From Eledone cirrhosa (lineage: Eukaryota): DNA of 64,000 bases. Below are positions 38,650-51,400 of the stretch, piece after piece (the first letter of the stretch is position 1; the number at the start of each line of letters is the position of its first letter). The notes beneath the pieces are model-generated. The model made no database searches, had not been told where the DNA came from, and saw only the letters and a list, made by a program, of their open reading frames with translations. The stretch is taken from contig OZ024743.1 in the NCBI GenBank assembly GCA_964016885.1, positions 136,710,001-136,774,000 of the forward strand. The letters run 5' to 3'. The position numbers and the translations under genes are program-made.

Positions 38650-41600
38650 TGGTGCTTGGTGTTAGGTGCTTGGTGTTTGGTGCTGGTATTAGGTGTTTGG
38701 TGCTTGGTGCTTGGTGTTTGGTGTTTGGTGCTTGGTGTTTGGTGCTTGGTGTTTGGTGTTTGGTGCTTGGTGTTTGGTGCTTGGTACTTGGTGCTTGGTG
38801 CTTGGTGTTAGGTGTTTGATGCTTGGTGCTTGGTGTTTGGTTTTTGGTGCTTGGTGCTTGGTGTTTGGTGTTTGGTGCTTGCTGCTGGCTGCTTGGTGTT
38901 TGGTGCTTGGTGATTGGTGCTTGGTGTTTGGTGCTTGGTGTCTGGTGTTTGGTACTAGGTGCTTGGTGCTTGGTGTTTGGTGCTTGGTGCTTGGTGTTTG
39001 GTGTTTGGTGATTGGTGCTTGGTGTTTGGTGCTTGGTGCTGGGTTCTGGGTGGTTGGTGTTTGGTGCTTGGTGTTTGGTGCTGGGTGCTTGGTGTTTGGT
39101 GCTTGGTGCTTGGTCTTTGGTGTTTGGTGTTTGGTGTTTGGGGCTTGGTGCTTGGTGCTTGGTGTTTGGTGCTTGGTGCTTGGTGTTTGGTGCTTGGTGC
39201 TTAGTGTTTGGTGCTAGGTGCTTGGCGTTTGGTGTTTGGTGCTTGGTGCTTGGTGTTTGGTGCTTGGTGCTTGGTGTTTGGTGTTTGGTGCTTGGTGCTT
39301 GGTGTTTGGTGTTTCCTGTTTGCTGTTTGGTGTTTGGTGTTTGGTGTTTGGTGCTTGGTGCTTGGTGTTTGGTGCTTGGTGCTTGGTGTTTGGTGCCTGG
39401 TGCTTGGGGCTTGGTGTTTGGTGTTTGGTGCTTGGTGCTTGGAGTTTGGTGTTTGGTGCTTGGTGCTTGGTGTTTTGTGTTTGGTGTTTGGTTTTTGGTG
39501 CTTGGTGCTTGGTGCTTGGTGCTTGGTCCTTGGTGTTTGGTGCTTGGTGCTTGGTGTTTGTACTTGGTGCTTGGTGCTTGGTGTTTGGTTCTTGGTTCTT
39601 GGTGTTTGGTACTTGGTGCTTGGTGCTTGGTGTTTGGTGCTTGGTGCTTGGTGTTTGATGTTTGGTGTTTGGTGCTTGGTGCTTGGTGCTTGGTGCTTGG
39701 TGCTGGGTGGTTGGTATTTGGTGCTTGGTGCTTGGTGTTTGGTGCTTGGTGCTTGGTGCTTGGTGTTTGGTGCTTGGTGCTTGGTGCTTGGTCTTTGGTG
39801 CTTGGTGTTTGGTGTTTGGTGCTTGGTGCTTTGTGTTTGGTGCTTGGTGATTAGTGTTTGGTGCTTGGTACTTGGTGTTTGGTGCTTGGTGTTTGGTGTT
39901 TGCTGTTTGGTGTTTGGTGTTTGGTGTTTGCTGTTTGGTGTCTGCTTTTTGGTGTTTGGTGTTTGCTGTATGGTGTTTGCTGTTTCGTGTTTGGTGTTTG
40001 CTGTTTGGTGTTTGGTGTTTGCTGTTTGGTGTTTGGTCTTTGGTGCTTGGTGTTTGGTGCTTGGTGCTTGGTGTTTGGTGTTTGGTGCTTGGTGTTTGGT
40101 GTTTGGTGCTTGGTGCTTGGTGCTTGGTGTTTGGTGCTTGGTGTCTGGTGCTTGGTGTCTGGTGCTTGGTGTTTGGTGTTTGGTGTTTGGTGCTTGGTGT
40201 TTGGTGTTTGGTGTTTGGTGTTTGGTTCTTGTTGCTTGGTGCTTGGTGCTTGGTGTTTGGTGCTTGGTGCTTGGTGTTTGGTGCTGGGTGCTTGGTGTTT
40301 GGTGCTTGGTGCTTGGTGTTTGGTGTTTGGTGCTTGGTGCTTGGTGTTTGGTGTTTGGTGTTATATGCTTGGTGTTTGGTGCTTGGTGCTTGGTGTTTGG
40401 TGTTTGGTTCTTGATGCTTGGTATTTGGTGCTTGGTGCTTGCTGCTTGGTGTTTGGTGCTTGGTGATTGATGCTTGGTGTTTGGTGCTTGGTGCTTGGTG
40501 TTTGGTTTTTGGTGCTAGGTGCTTGGTGCTTGGTGTTTGGTGCTTGGTGTTTGGTGTTTGGTGCTTGGTGCTTGGTGTTTGGTACTTGGTGCTTGGTGCT
40601 TGGTGTTTGGTGCTTGGTGCTTGGTGTTTGGTGTTTGGTGTTTGGTGCTTGGTGCTTGGTGTTTGGTGCTTGGTGCTGGGTGGTTGGTGTTTGGTGCTTG
40701 GTGCTTGGTGTTTTGTGCTAGGTGCATGGTGCCTGGTGTTTGGTGCTTGGTGCTTGGTGCTTGGTCTTTGGTGTTTGGTGTTTGGTGTTATATGCTTGGT
40801 GTTTGGTGCTTGGTCCTTGGTGTTTGGTGCTTGGTGCTTGGTGTTTGGTGTTTGGTGCTTGGTGCTTGGTGCTTCGTGTTTGGTGTTTGGTGCTTGGTGT
40901 CTGGAGCTTGGTGTTTGGTGTTTGGTGCTTGGTGTTTGGTGTTTGGTGCTTGGTGCTTGGTGTTTGGTGCTTGGTGCTTGGTGCTTGGTGTTTGGTGCTT
41001 GGTGCTTGGTGCTTGGTCTTTGGTGCTTGGTGTTTGGTGTTTGGTGCTTGGTCCTTTGTGTTTGGTGCTTGGTGATTAGTGTTTGGTGCTTGGTACTTGG
41101 TGTTTGGTGCTTGGTGTTTGGTGTTTGCTGTTTGGTGTTTGGTGTTTGCTGTTTGCTGTTTGGTGTCTGCTTTTTGGTGTTTGGTGTTTGCTGTATGGTG
41201 TTTGCTGTTTCGTGTTTGGTGTTTGCTGTTTGGTGTTTGGTGTTTGCTGTTTGGTGTTTGGTCTTTGGTGCTTGGTGTTTGGTGCTTGGTGCTTGGTGTT
41301 TGGTGTTTGGTGCTTGGTGCTTGGTGCTTGGTGTTTGGTGCTTGGTGTCTGGTGCTTGGTGTCTGGTGCTTGGTGTTTGGTGTTTGGTGTTTGGTGCTTG
41401 GTGTTTGGTGTTTGGTGTTTGGTGTTTGGTGCTTGTTGCTTGGTGCTTGGTGCTTGGTGTTTGGTGCTTGGTGCTTGGTGTTTGGTGCTGGGTGCTTGGT
41501 GTTTGGTGCTTGGTGCTTGGTGCTTGGTGTTTGGTGTTTGGTGCTTGGTGCTTGGTGTTTGGTGTTTGGTGTTATATGCTTGGTGTTTGATGCTTGGTGC

Positions 41601-44600
41601 TTGGTGCTTGGTGTTTGGTGTTTGGTGCTTGGTGTTTTATGCTTGGTGTTTGATGTTTGGTGCTTGGTGCTTGGTGTTTGGTGCTTGGTGCTTGGTGTTT
41701 CTACTTGGTGCTTGGTGCTTGGTGTTTGGTTCTTGGTTCTTGGTGTTTGGTACTTGGTGCTTGGTGCTTGGTGTTTGGTGCTTGGTGCTTGGAGTTTGGT
41801 GTTTGGTGCTTGGTGCTTGGTGTTTTGTGTTTGGTGTTTGGTTTTTGGTGCTTGGTGCTTGGTGCTTGGTGCTTGGTCCTTGGTGTTTGGTGCTTGGTGC
41901 TTGGTGTTTGTACTTGGTGCTTGGTGCTTGGTGTTTGGTGCTTGGTTCTTGGTGTTTGGTACTTGGTGCTTGGTGCTTGGTGTTTGGTGCTTGGTGCTTG
42001 GTGTTTGGTGTTTGGTGTTTGGTGCTTGGTGCTTGGTGTTTGGTGCTTGGTGCTTGGTGCTGGGTGGTTGGTATTTGGTGCTTGGTGCTTGGTGTTTGGT
42101 GCTTGGTGCTTGGTGCTTGGTGTTTGGTGCTTGGTGCTTGGTGCTTGGTCTTTGGTGCTTGGTGTTTGGTGTTTGGTGCTTGGTGCTTTGTGTTTGGTGC
42201 TTGGTGATTAGTGTTTGGTGCTTGGTACTTGGTGTTTGGTGCTTGGTGTTTGGTGTTTGCTGTTTGGTGTTTGGTGTTTGGTGTTTGCTGTTTGGTGTCT
42301 GCTTTTTGGTGTTTGGTGTTTGCTGTATGGTGTTTGCTGTTTCGTGTTTGGTGTTTGCTGTTTGGTTTTTGGTGTTTGCTGTTTGGTGTTTGGTCTTTGG
42401 TGCTTGGTGTTTGGTGCTTGGTGCTTGGTGTTTGGTGTTTGGTGCTTGGTGTTTGGTGTTTGGTGCTTGGTGCTTGGTGCTTGGTGTTTGGTGCTTGGTG
42501 TCTGGTGCTTGGTGTCTGGTGCTTGGTGTTTGGTGTTTGGTGTTTGGTGCTTGGTGTTTGGTGTTTGGTGTTTGGTGTTTGGTGCTTGTTGCTTGGTGCT
42601 TGGTGCCTGGTGTTTGGTGCTTGGTGCTTGGTGTTTGGTGCTGGGTGCTTGGTGTTTGGTGCTTGGTGCTTGGTGTTTGGTGTTTGGTGCTTGGTGCTTG
42701 GTGTTTGGTGTTTGGTGTTATATGCTTGGTGTTTGGTGCTTGGTGCTTGGTGTTTGGTGTTTGGTTCTTGATGCTTGGTATTTGGTGCTTGGTGCTTGCT
42801 GCTTGGTGTTTGGTGCTTGGTGATTGATGCTTGGTGTTTGGTGCTTGGTGCTTGGTGTTTGGTTTTTGGTGCTAGGTGCTTGGTGCTTGGTGTTTGGTGT
42901 TTGGTGCTTTGTGCTTGGTGCTTCGTGTTTGGTGTTTGGTGCTTGGTGTCTGGAGCTTGGTGTTTGGTGTCTGGTGCTTGGTGTTTGGTGTTTGGTGCTA
43001 GGTGCTTGGTGTTTGGTGCTTGGTGCTTGGTGCTTGGTGTTTGGTGCTTGGTGCTTGGTGTTTGGTGCTTGGTGCTTTGTGTTTGGTGCTTGGTGATTAG
43101 TGTTTGGTGCTTGGTACTTGGTGTTTGGTGCTTGGTGTTTGGTGTTTGGTGTTTGGTGTTTGGTGCTTGTTGCTTGGTGCTTGGTGCTTGGTGTTTGGTG
43201 CTTGGTGCTTGGTGTTTGGTGCTGGGTGCTTGGTGTTTGGTGCTTGGTGCTTGGTCTTTGGTGTTTGGTGTTTAGTGCTTGGTGCTTGGTGCTTGGTGCT
43301 TGGTGCTTGGTGCTTGGTCCTTGGTGTTTGGTGCTTGGTGCTTGGTGTTTGGTGTTTGGTGCTTGGTGCTTGGTGCTTCGTGTTTGGTGTTTGGTGCTTG
43401 GTGTCTGGAGCTTGGTGTTTGGTGTTTGGTGCTTGGTGTTTGGTGTTTGGTGCTTGGTGCTTGGTGTTTGGTGCTTGGTGCTTGGTGCTTGGTGTTTGGT
43501 GCTTGGTGCTTGGTGCTTGGTCTTTGGTGCTTGGTGTTTGGTGTTTGGTGCTTGGTCCTTTGTGTTTGGTGCTTGGTGATTAGTGTTTGGTGCTTGGTAC
43601 TTGGTGTTTGGTGCTTGGTGTTTGGTGTTTGCTGTTTGGTGTTTGGTGTTTGCTGTTTGCTGTTTGGTGTCTGCTTTTTGGTGTTTGGTGTTTGCTGTAT
43701 GGTGTTTGCTGTTTCGTGTTTGGTGTTTGCTGTTTGGTGTTTGGTGTTTGCTGTTTGGTGTTTGGTCTTTGGTGCTTGGTGTTTGGTGCTTGGTGCTTGG
43801 TGTTTGGTGTTTGGTGCTTGGTGCTTGGTGCTTGGTGTTTGGTGCTTGGTGTCTGGTGCTTGGTGTCTGGTGCTTGGTGTTTGGTGTTTGGTGTTTGGTG
43901 CTTGGTGTTTGGTGTTTGGTGTTTGGTGTTTGGTGCTTGTTGCTTGGTGCTTGGTGCTTGGTGTTTGGTGCTTGGTGCTTGGTGTTTGGTGCTGCGTGCT
44001 TGGTGTTTGGTGCTTGGTGCTTGGTGCTTGGTGTTTGGTGTTTGGTGCTTGGTGCTTGGTGTTTGGTGTTTGGTGTTATATGCTTGGTGTTTGATGCTTG
44101 GTGCTTGGTGCTTGGTGCTTGGTGTTTGGTGTTTGGTGCTTGGTGTTTTATGCTTGGTGTTTGATGTTTGGTGCTTGGTGCTTGGTGTTTGGTGCTTGGT
44201 GCTTGGTGTTTCTACTTGGTGCTTGGTGCTTGGTGTTTGGTTCTTGGTTCTTGGTGTTTGGTACTTGGTGCTTGGTGCTTGGTGTTTGGTGCTTGGTGCT
44301 TGGAGTTTGGTGTTTGGTGCTTGGTGCTTGGTGTTTTGTGTTTGGTGTTTGGTTTTTGGTGCTTGGTGCTTGGTGCTTGGTGCTTGGTCCTTGGTGTTTG
44401 GTGCTTGGTGCTTGGTGTTTGTACTTGGTGCTTGGTGCTTGGTGTTTGGTGCTTGGTTCTTGGTGTTTGGTACTTGGTGCTTGGTGCTTGGTGTTTGGTG
44501 CTTGGTGCTTGGTGTTTGGTGTTTGGTGTTTGGTGCTTGGTGCTTGGTGTTTGGTGCTTGGTGCTTGGTGCTGGGTGGTTGGTATTTGGTGCTTGGTGCT

Positions 44601-47600
44601 TGGTGTTTGGTGCTTGGTGCTTGGTGCTTGGTGTTTGGTGCTTGGTGCTTGGTGCTTGGTCTTTGGTGCTTGGTGTTTGGTGTTTGGTGCTTGGTGTTTG
44701 GTGTTTGGTGCTTGGTGCTTTGTGTTTGGTGCTTGGTGATTAGTGTTTGGTGCTTGGTACTTGGTGTTTGGTGCTTGGTGTTTGGTGTTTGCTGTTTGGT
44801 GTCTGCTTTTTGGTGTTTGGTGTTTGCTGTATGGTGTTTGCTGTTTCGTGTTTGGTGTTTGGTGTTTGGTGTTTGGTGTTTGCTGTTTGGTGTTTGGTCT
44901 TTGGTGCTTGGTGTTTGGTGCTTGGTGCTTGGTGTTTGGTGTTTGGTGCTTGGTGTTTGGTGTTTGGTGCTTGGTGCTTGGTGCTTGGTGTTTGGTGCTT
45001 GGTGTCTGGTGCTTGGTGTCTGGTGCTTGGTGTTTGGTGTTTGGTGTTTGGTGCTTGGTGTTTGGTGTTTGGTGTTTGGTGTTTGGTGCTTGTTGCTTGG
45101 TGCTTGGTGCCTGGTGTTTGGTGCTTGGTGCTTGGTGTTTGGTGCTGGGTGCTTGGTGTTTGGTGCTTGGTGCTTGGTGTTTGGTGTTTGGTGCTTGGTG
45201 CTTGGTGTTTGGTGTTTGGTGTTATATGCTTGGTGTTTGGTGCTTGGTGCTTGGTGTTTGGTGTTTGGTTGTTGATGCCTGGTATTTGGTGCTTGGTGCT
45301 TGCTGCTTGGTGTTTGGTGCTTGGTGATTGATGCTTGGTGTTTGGTGCTTGGTGCTTGGTGTTTGGTTTTTGGTGCTAGGTGCTTGGTGCTTGGTGTTTG
45401 GTGCTTGGTGTTTGGTGTTTGGTGCTTGGTGCTTGGTGTTTGGTACTTGGTGCTTGGTGCTTGGTGTTTGGTGCTTGGTGCTTGGTGTTTGGTGTTTGGT
45501 GTTTGGTGCTTGGTGCTTGGTGTTTGGTGCTTGGTGCTGGGTGGTTGGTGTTTGGTGCTTGGTGCTTGGTGTTTTGTGCTAGGTGCATGGTGCCTGGTGT
45601 TTGGTGCTTGGTGCTTGGTGCTTGGTCTTTGGTGTTTGGTGTTTAGTGCTTGGTGCTTGGTGCTTGGTGCTTGGTGCTTGGTGCTTGGTCCTTGGTGTTT
45701 GGTGCTTGGTGCTTGGTGTTTGGTGTTTGGTGCTTGGTGCTTGGTGCTTCGTGTTTGGTGTTTGGTGCTTGGTGTCTGGAGCTTGGTGTTTGGTGTTTGG
45801 TGCTTGGTGTTTGGTGTTTGGTGCTAGGTGCTTGGTGTTTGGTGCTTGGTGCTTGGTGCTTGGTGTTTGGTGCTTGGTGCTTGGTGTTTGGTGCTTGGTG
45901 CTTTGTGTTTGGTGCTTGGTGATTAGTGTTTGGTGCTTGGTACTTGGTGTTTGGTGCTTGGTGTTTGGTGTTTGGTGTTTGGTGTTTGGTGCTTGTTGCT
46001 TGGTGCTTGGTGCTTGGTGTTTGGTGCTTGGTGCTTGGTGTTTGGTGCTGGGTGCTTGGTGTTTGGTGCTTGGTGCTTGGTGCTTGGTGTTTGGTGTTTG
46101 GTGCTTGGTGCTTGGTGTTTGGTGTTTGGTGTTATATGCTTGGTGTTTGATGCTTGGTGCTTGGTGCTTGGTGTTTGGTGTTTGGTGCTTGGTGCTTGGT
46201 GCTTGGTGCTTGGTGTTTGGTGCTTGGTGTTTGGTGCTTGGTGTTTGGTGCTTGGTGCCTGGTGCTTGGTGCTTGGTGCTTGGTGTTTGTTGCTTGGTGT
46301 TTGGTGCTTGGTATTAGGTGTTTGGTGCTTGGTGCTTGGTGTTTGGTGTTTGGTGCTTGGTGTTTGGTGCTTGGTGTTTGGTGTTTGGTGCTTGGTGTTT
46401 GGTGCTTGGTACTTGGTGCTTGGTGCTTGGTGTTAGGTGTTTGGTGCTTGGTGCTTGGTGTTTGGTTTTTGGTGCTTGGTGCTTGGTGTTTGGTGTTTGG
46501 TACTAGGTGCTTGGTGCTTGGTGTTTGGTGCTTGGTGCTTGGTGTTTGGTGTTTGGTGATTGGTGCTTGGTGTTTGGTGCTTGGTGCTGGGTTCTGGGTG
46601 GTTGGTGTTTGGTGCTTGGTGTTTGGTGCTGGGTGCTTGGTGTTTGGTGCTTGGTGCTTGGTCTTTGGTGTTTGGTGTTTGGTGTTTGGGGCTTGGTGCT
46701 TGGTGCTTGGTGTTTGGTGCTTGGTGCTTGGTGTTTGGTGCTTGGTGCTTAGTGTTTGGTGCTAGGTGCTTGGGGTTTGGTGTTTGGTGCTTGGTGCTTG
46801 GTGTTTGGTGCTTGGTGCTTGGTGTTTGGTGTTTGGTGCTTGGTGCTTGGTGTTTGGTGTTTCCTGTTTGCTGTTTGGTGTTTGGTGTTTGCTGTTTGGT
46901 GTCTGCTTTTTGGTGTTTGGTGTTTGCTGTATGTTATTTGCTGTTTGGTGTTTGGTGTTTGGTGTTTGGTGCTTGGTGCTTGGTGTTTGGTGCTTGGTGC
47001 TTGGTGTTTGGTGCCTGGTGCTTGGGGCTTGGTGTTTGGTGTTTGGTGCTTGGTGCTTGGAGTTTGGTGTTTGGTGCTTGGTGCTTGGTGTTTTGTGTTT
47101 GGTGTTTGGTTTTTGGTGCTTTGTGCTTGGTGCTTGGTGCTTGGTCCTTGGTGTTTGGTGCTTGGTGCTTGGTGTTTGTACTTGGTGCTTGGTGCTTGGT
47201 GTTTGGTTCTTGGTTCTTGGTGTTTGGTACTTGGTGCTTGGTGCTTGGTGTTTGGTGCTTGGTGCTTGGTGTTTGGTGTTTGGTGTTTGGTGCTTGGTGC
47301 TTGGTGTTTGGTGCTTGGTGCTTGGTGCTGGGTGGTTGGTATTTGGTGCTTGGTGCTTGGTGTTTGGTGCTTGGTGCTTGGTGCTTGGTGTTTGGTGCTT
47401 GGTGCTTGGTGCTTGGTCTTTGGTGCTTGGTGTTTGGTGTTTGGTGCTTGGTGCTTTGTGTTTGGTGCTTGGTGATTAGTGTTTGGTGCTTGGTACTTGG
47501 TGTTTGGTGCTTGGTGTTTGGTGTTTGCTGTTTGGTGTTTGGTGTTTGGTGTTTGCTGTTTGGTGTCTGCTTTTTGGTGTTTGGTGTTTGCTGTATGGTG

Positions 47601-48450
47601 TTTGCTGTTTCGTGTTTGGTGTTTGCTGTTTGGTGTTTGGTGTTTGCTGTTTGGTGTTTGGTCTTTGGTGCTTGGTGTTTGGTGCTTGGTGCTTGGTGTT
47701 TGGTGTTTGGTGCTTGGTGTTTGGTGTTTGGTGCTTGGTGCTTGGTGCTTGGTGTTTGGTGCTTGGTGTCTGGTGCTTGGTGTCTGGTGCTTGGTGTTTG
47801 GTGTTTGGTGTTTGGTGCTTGGTGTTTGGTGTTTGGTGTTTGGTGTTTGGTGCTTGTTGCTTGGTGCTTGGTGCTTGGTGTTTGGTGCTTGGTGCTTGGT
47901 GTTTGGTGCTGGGTGCTTGGTGTTTGGTGCTTGGTGCTTGGTGTTTGGTGTTTGGTGCTTGGTGCTTGGTGTTTGGTGTTTGGTGTTATATGCTTGGTGT
48001 TTGGTGCTTGGTGCTTGGTGTTTGGTGTTTGGTTCTTGATGCTTGGTATTTGGTGCTTGGTGCTTGCTGCTTGGTCTTTGGTGCTTGGTGATTGATGCTT
48101 GGTGTTTGGTGCTTGGTGCTTGGTGTTTGGTTTTTGGTGCTAGGTGCTTGGTGCTTGGTGTTTGGTGCTTGGTGTTTGGTGTTTGGTGCTTGGTGCTTGG
48201 TGTTTGGTACTTGGTGCTTGGTGCTTGGTGTTTGGTGCTTGGTGCTTGGTGTTTGGTGTTTGGTGTTTGGTGCTTGGTGCTTGGTGTTTGGTGCTTCGTG
48301 CTGGGTGGTTGGTGTTTGGTGCTTGGTGCTTGGTGTTTTGTGCTAGGTGCATGGTGCCTGGTGTTTGGTGCTTGGTGCTTGGTGCTTGGTCTTTGGTGTT
48401 TGGTGTTTAGTGCTTGGTGCTTGGTGCTTGGTGCTTGGTGCTTGGTGCTT
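38650..48450 (+). repeat. Mosaic of 2.3-2.8-kb duplicated blocks within a repeat of about 7.55-7.63 kb
   Basis: Offsets are 2357 (39854/42211, 40467/42824), 2504-2532 (41079/43583, 41657/44168, 42211/44743), 2826 (43100/45926), 2764 (45328/48092), 7548 (38959/46507, 39208/46756) and 7625 (39854/47479, 40418/48043). Confidence 0.75.
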
Positions 48451-51400
48451 GGTCCTTGGTGTTTGGTGCTTGGTGCTTGGTGTTTGGTGTTTGGTGCTTG
48501 GTGCATGGTGCTTCGTGTTTGGTGTTTGGTGCTTGGTGTCTGGAGCTTGGTGTTTGGTGTTTGGTGCTTGGTGTTTGGTGTTTGGTGCTTGGTGCTTGGT
48601 GTTTGGTGCTTGGTGCTTGGTGTTTGTACTTGGTGCTTGGTGCTTGGTGTTTGGTGCTTGGTTCTTGGTGTTTGGTGCTTGGTGTTTGGAGCTTGGTGCT
48701 TGGTGTTTGGTGCTTGGTGCTTGGTGTTTGTACTTGGTGCTTGGTGCTTGGTGTTTGGTGCTTGGTTCTTGGTGTTTGGTGCTTGGTGTTTGGAGCTTGG
48801 TGCTTGGTGTTTGGTGCTTGCTGCTTGGTGTTTGGTGTTTGGTGCTTGGTGCTTGGTGTTTGGTGTTTGGTGCTTGGTGTTTGGTGTTTGGTGCTTGGTG
48901 CTTGGTGTTTGTTGCTTGGTACTTGGTGTTTGGTGTTTGGTGCTTGGTACTTGGTGTCTGGAGCTTGGTGTTTGGTGTTTGGTGCTTGGTGTTTGGTGCT
49001 TGGTGCTTGGTGTTTGGTGTTTGGTGTTTGATGCTTGGTGTTTTATGCTTGGTGCTTGGTGTTTGGTGCTTGGTGCTTGCTGCTTGGTGTTTGGTGCATG
49101 GTGTTTGGTGCTGGGTGCTTGGTGTTTTGTGCTTGGTTCTTGGTGTTTGGTGTTTGGTGCTTGGTACTTGGTGTCTGGAGCTTGGTGTTTGGTGTTTGGT
49201 GCTTGGTGTTTGGTGCTTGGTGCTTGGTGTTTGGTGTTTGGTGTTTGATGCTTGGTGTTTTATGCTTGGTGCTTGGTGTTTGGTGCTTGGTGTTTGTGTT
49301 TGGTGCTTGGTGCTTGGTGTTTTGTGCTTGGTTCTTGGTGTTTGGTGTTTGGTGCTTGGTACTTGGTGCTTGGTGTTAGGTGTTTGGTGCTTGGTGCTTG
49401 GTGTTTGGTGTTTGGTCCTTGGTGCTTGGTGCTTGGTGTTTAGTGCTTGGTGCTTGGTGTTTGTTGTTTGGTGCTTTCTGTTTGCTGCTTGGTGTTTGCT
49501 GCTTGGTGCTTGGTGCTTGGTGTTTGGTTTTTGGTGCTAGGTGCTTGGTGTTTGGTGTTTGGTGTTTGATGCTTGGTGTTTGGTGCTTGGTGTTTGGTGC
49601 TTGGTGCCTGGGGCTTGGTGTTTGGTGCTTGGTGCTTGGTGCTTGGTGTTTGGTGCTTGGTGCTTGGTGTTTGGTGTTTGGTGTTTGGTGCTTGGTGCTT
49701 GGGGTTTGGTGCTTGGTGCTTGGTGCTGGGTGGTTGGTATTTGGTGCTTGGTGCTTGGTGTTTGGTGCTTGGTGCTTGGTGCTTGGTGTTTGGTGCTTGG
49801 TGCTTGGTGCTTGGTCTTTGGTGCTTGGTGTTTGGTGTTTGGTGCTTGGTGCTTTGTGTTTGGTGCTTGGTGATTAGTGTTTGGTGCTTGGTACTTGGTG
49901 TTTGGTGCTTGGTGTTTGGTGTTTGCTGTTTGGTGTCTGCTTTTTGGTGTTTGGTGTTTGCTGTATGGTGTTTGCTGTTTCGTGTTTGGTGTTTGCTGTT
50001 TGGTGTTTGGTGTTTGCTGTTTGGTGTTTGGTCTTTGGTGCTTGGTGTTTGGTGCTTGGTGCTTGGTGTTTGGTGTTTGGTGCTTGGTGCTTGGTGCTTG
50101 GTGTTTGGTGCTTGGTGTCTGGTGCTTGGTGTCTGGTGCTTGGTGTTTGGTGTTTGGTGTTTGGTGCTTGGTGTTTGGTGTTTGGTGTTTGGTGTTTGGT
50201 GCTTGTTGCTGGGTGGTTGGTGTTTGGTGCTTGGTGTTTGGTGCTGGGTGCTTGGTGTTTGGTGCTTGGTGCTTGGTGTTTGGTGCTTGGTGTTTGGTGT
50301 TTGGTGCTTGGTGCTTGGTGTTTGGTGGTTGGTGCTTGGTGTTTGGTGCTTGGTGCTTAGTGTTTGGTGCTAGGTGCTTGGGGTTTGGTGTTTGGTGCTT
50401 GGTGTTTGGTGCTTGGTGCTTGGTGTTTGGTGTTTGGTGTTTATTGCTTGTTGCTTGGTGCTTGGTGCTTGGTGTTTGGTGCTTGGTGTTTGGTGCTGGG
50501 TGCTTGGTGTTTAGTGCTTGGCGCTTGGTGCTTGGTGTTTCGTGTTTGGTGCTTGGTGCTTGTTGTTTGGTGTTATATGCTTGGTGTTTGATGCTTGGTG
50601 CTTGGTGCTTGGTGTTTGGTGTTTGGTGCTTGGTGTTTGATGCTTGGTGTTTGATGCTTGGTGCTTGGTGCTTGGTGTTTGGTGCTTGGTGCTTGGTGTT
50701 TGTACTTGGTGCTTGGTGCTTGGTTCTTGGTGTTTGGTGCTTGGTGTTTGGTGCTTGGTGCTTTGTGTTTGGTGCTTCGTGTTTGGTGCTTCGTGTTTGG
50801 TGCTTGGTGCCTGGTGCTTGGTGCTTGGTGCTTGGTGTTTGGTGCTTGGTGTTTGGTGCTTGGTGTTAGGTGTTTGATGCTTGGTGCTTGGTGTTTGGTG
50901 CTTGGTGTTTTGTGCTTGGTGCTTGGTGTTTGGTGTTTGGTGCTTGGTGTTTGCTGTTTCGTGTTTGGTGTTTGCTGTTTGGTGTTTGGTGTTTGCTGTT
51001 TGGTGTTTGGTCTTTGGTGCTTGGTGTTTGGTGCTTGGTGCTTGGTGTTTGGTGTTTGGTGCTTGGTGTTTGGTGTTTGGTGCTTGGTGCTTGGTGCTTG
51101 GTGTTTGGTGCTTGGTGTCTGGTGCTTGGTGTCTGGTGCTTGGTGTTTGGTGTTTGGTGTTTGGTGCTTGGTGTTTGGTGTTTGGTGTTTGGTGTTTGGT
51201 GCTTGTTGCTTGGTGCTTGGTGCTTGGTGTTTGGTGCTTGGTGCTTGGTGTTTGGTGCTGGGTGCTTGGTGTTTGGTGCTTGGTGCTTGGTGTTTGGTGT
51301 TTGGTGCTTGGTGCTTGGTGTTTGGTGTTTGGTGTTATATGCTTGGTGTTTGGTGCTTGGTGCTTGGTGTTTGGTGTTTGGTTCTTGATGCTTGGTATTT

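Noticed and set aside
46749-48506. Minus-strand TKHQAPS heptad ORFs as mucin-like, CTD-like or antigen repeat proteins
   Set aside because: The minus strand nearly lacks T, so it is open by default. ATG starts come only from the sporadic GCATGG variant. There is no signal peptide or non-repetitive flank.
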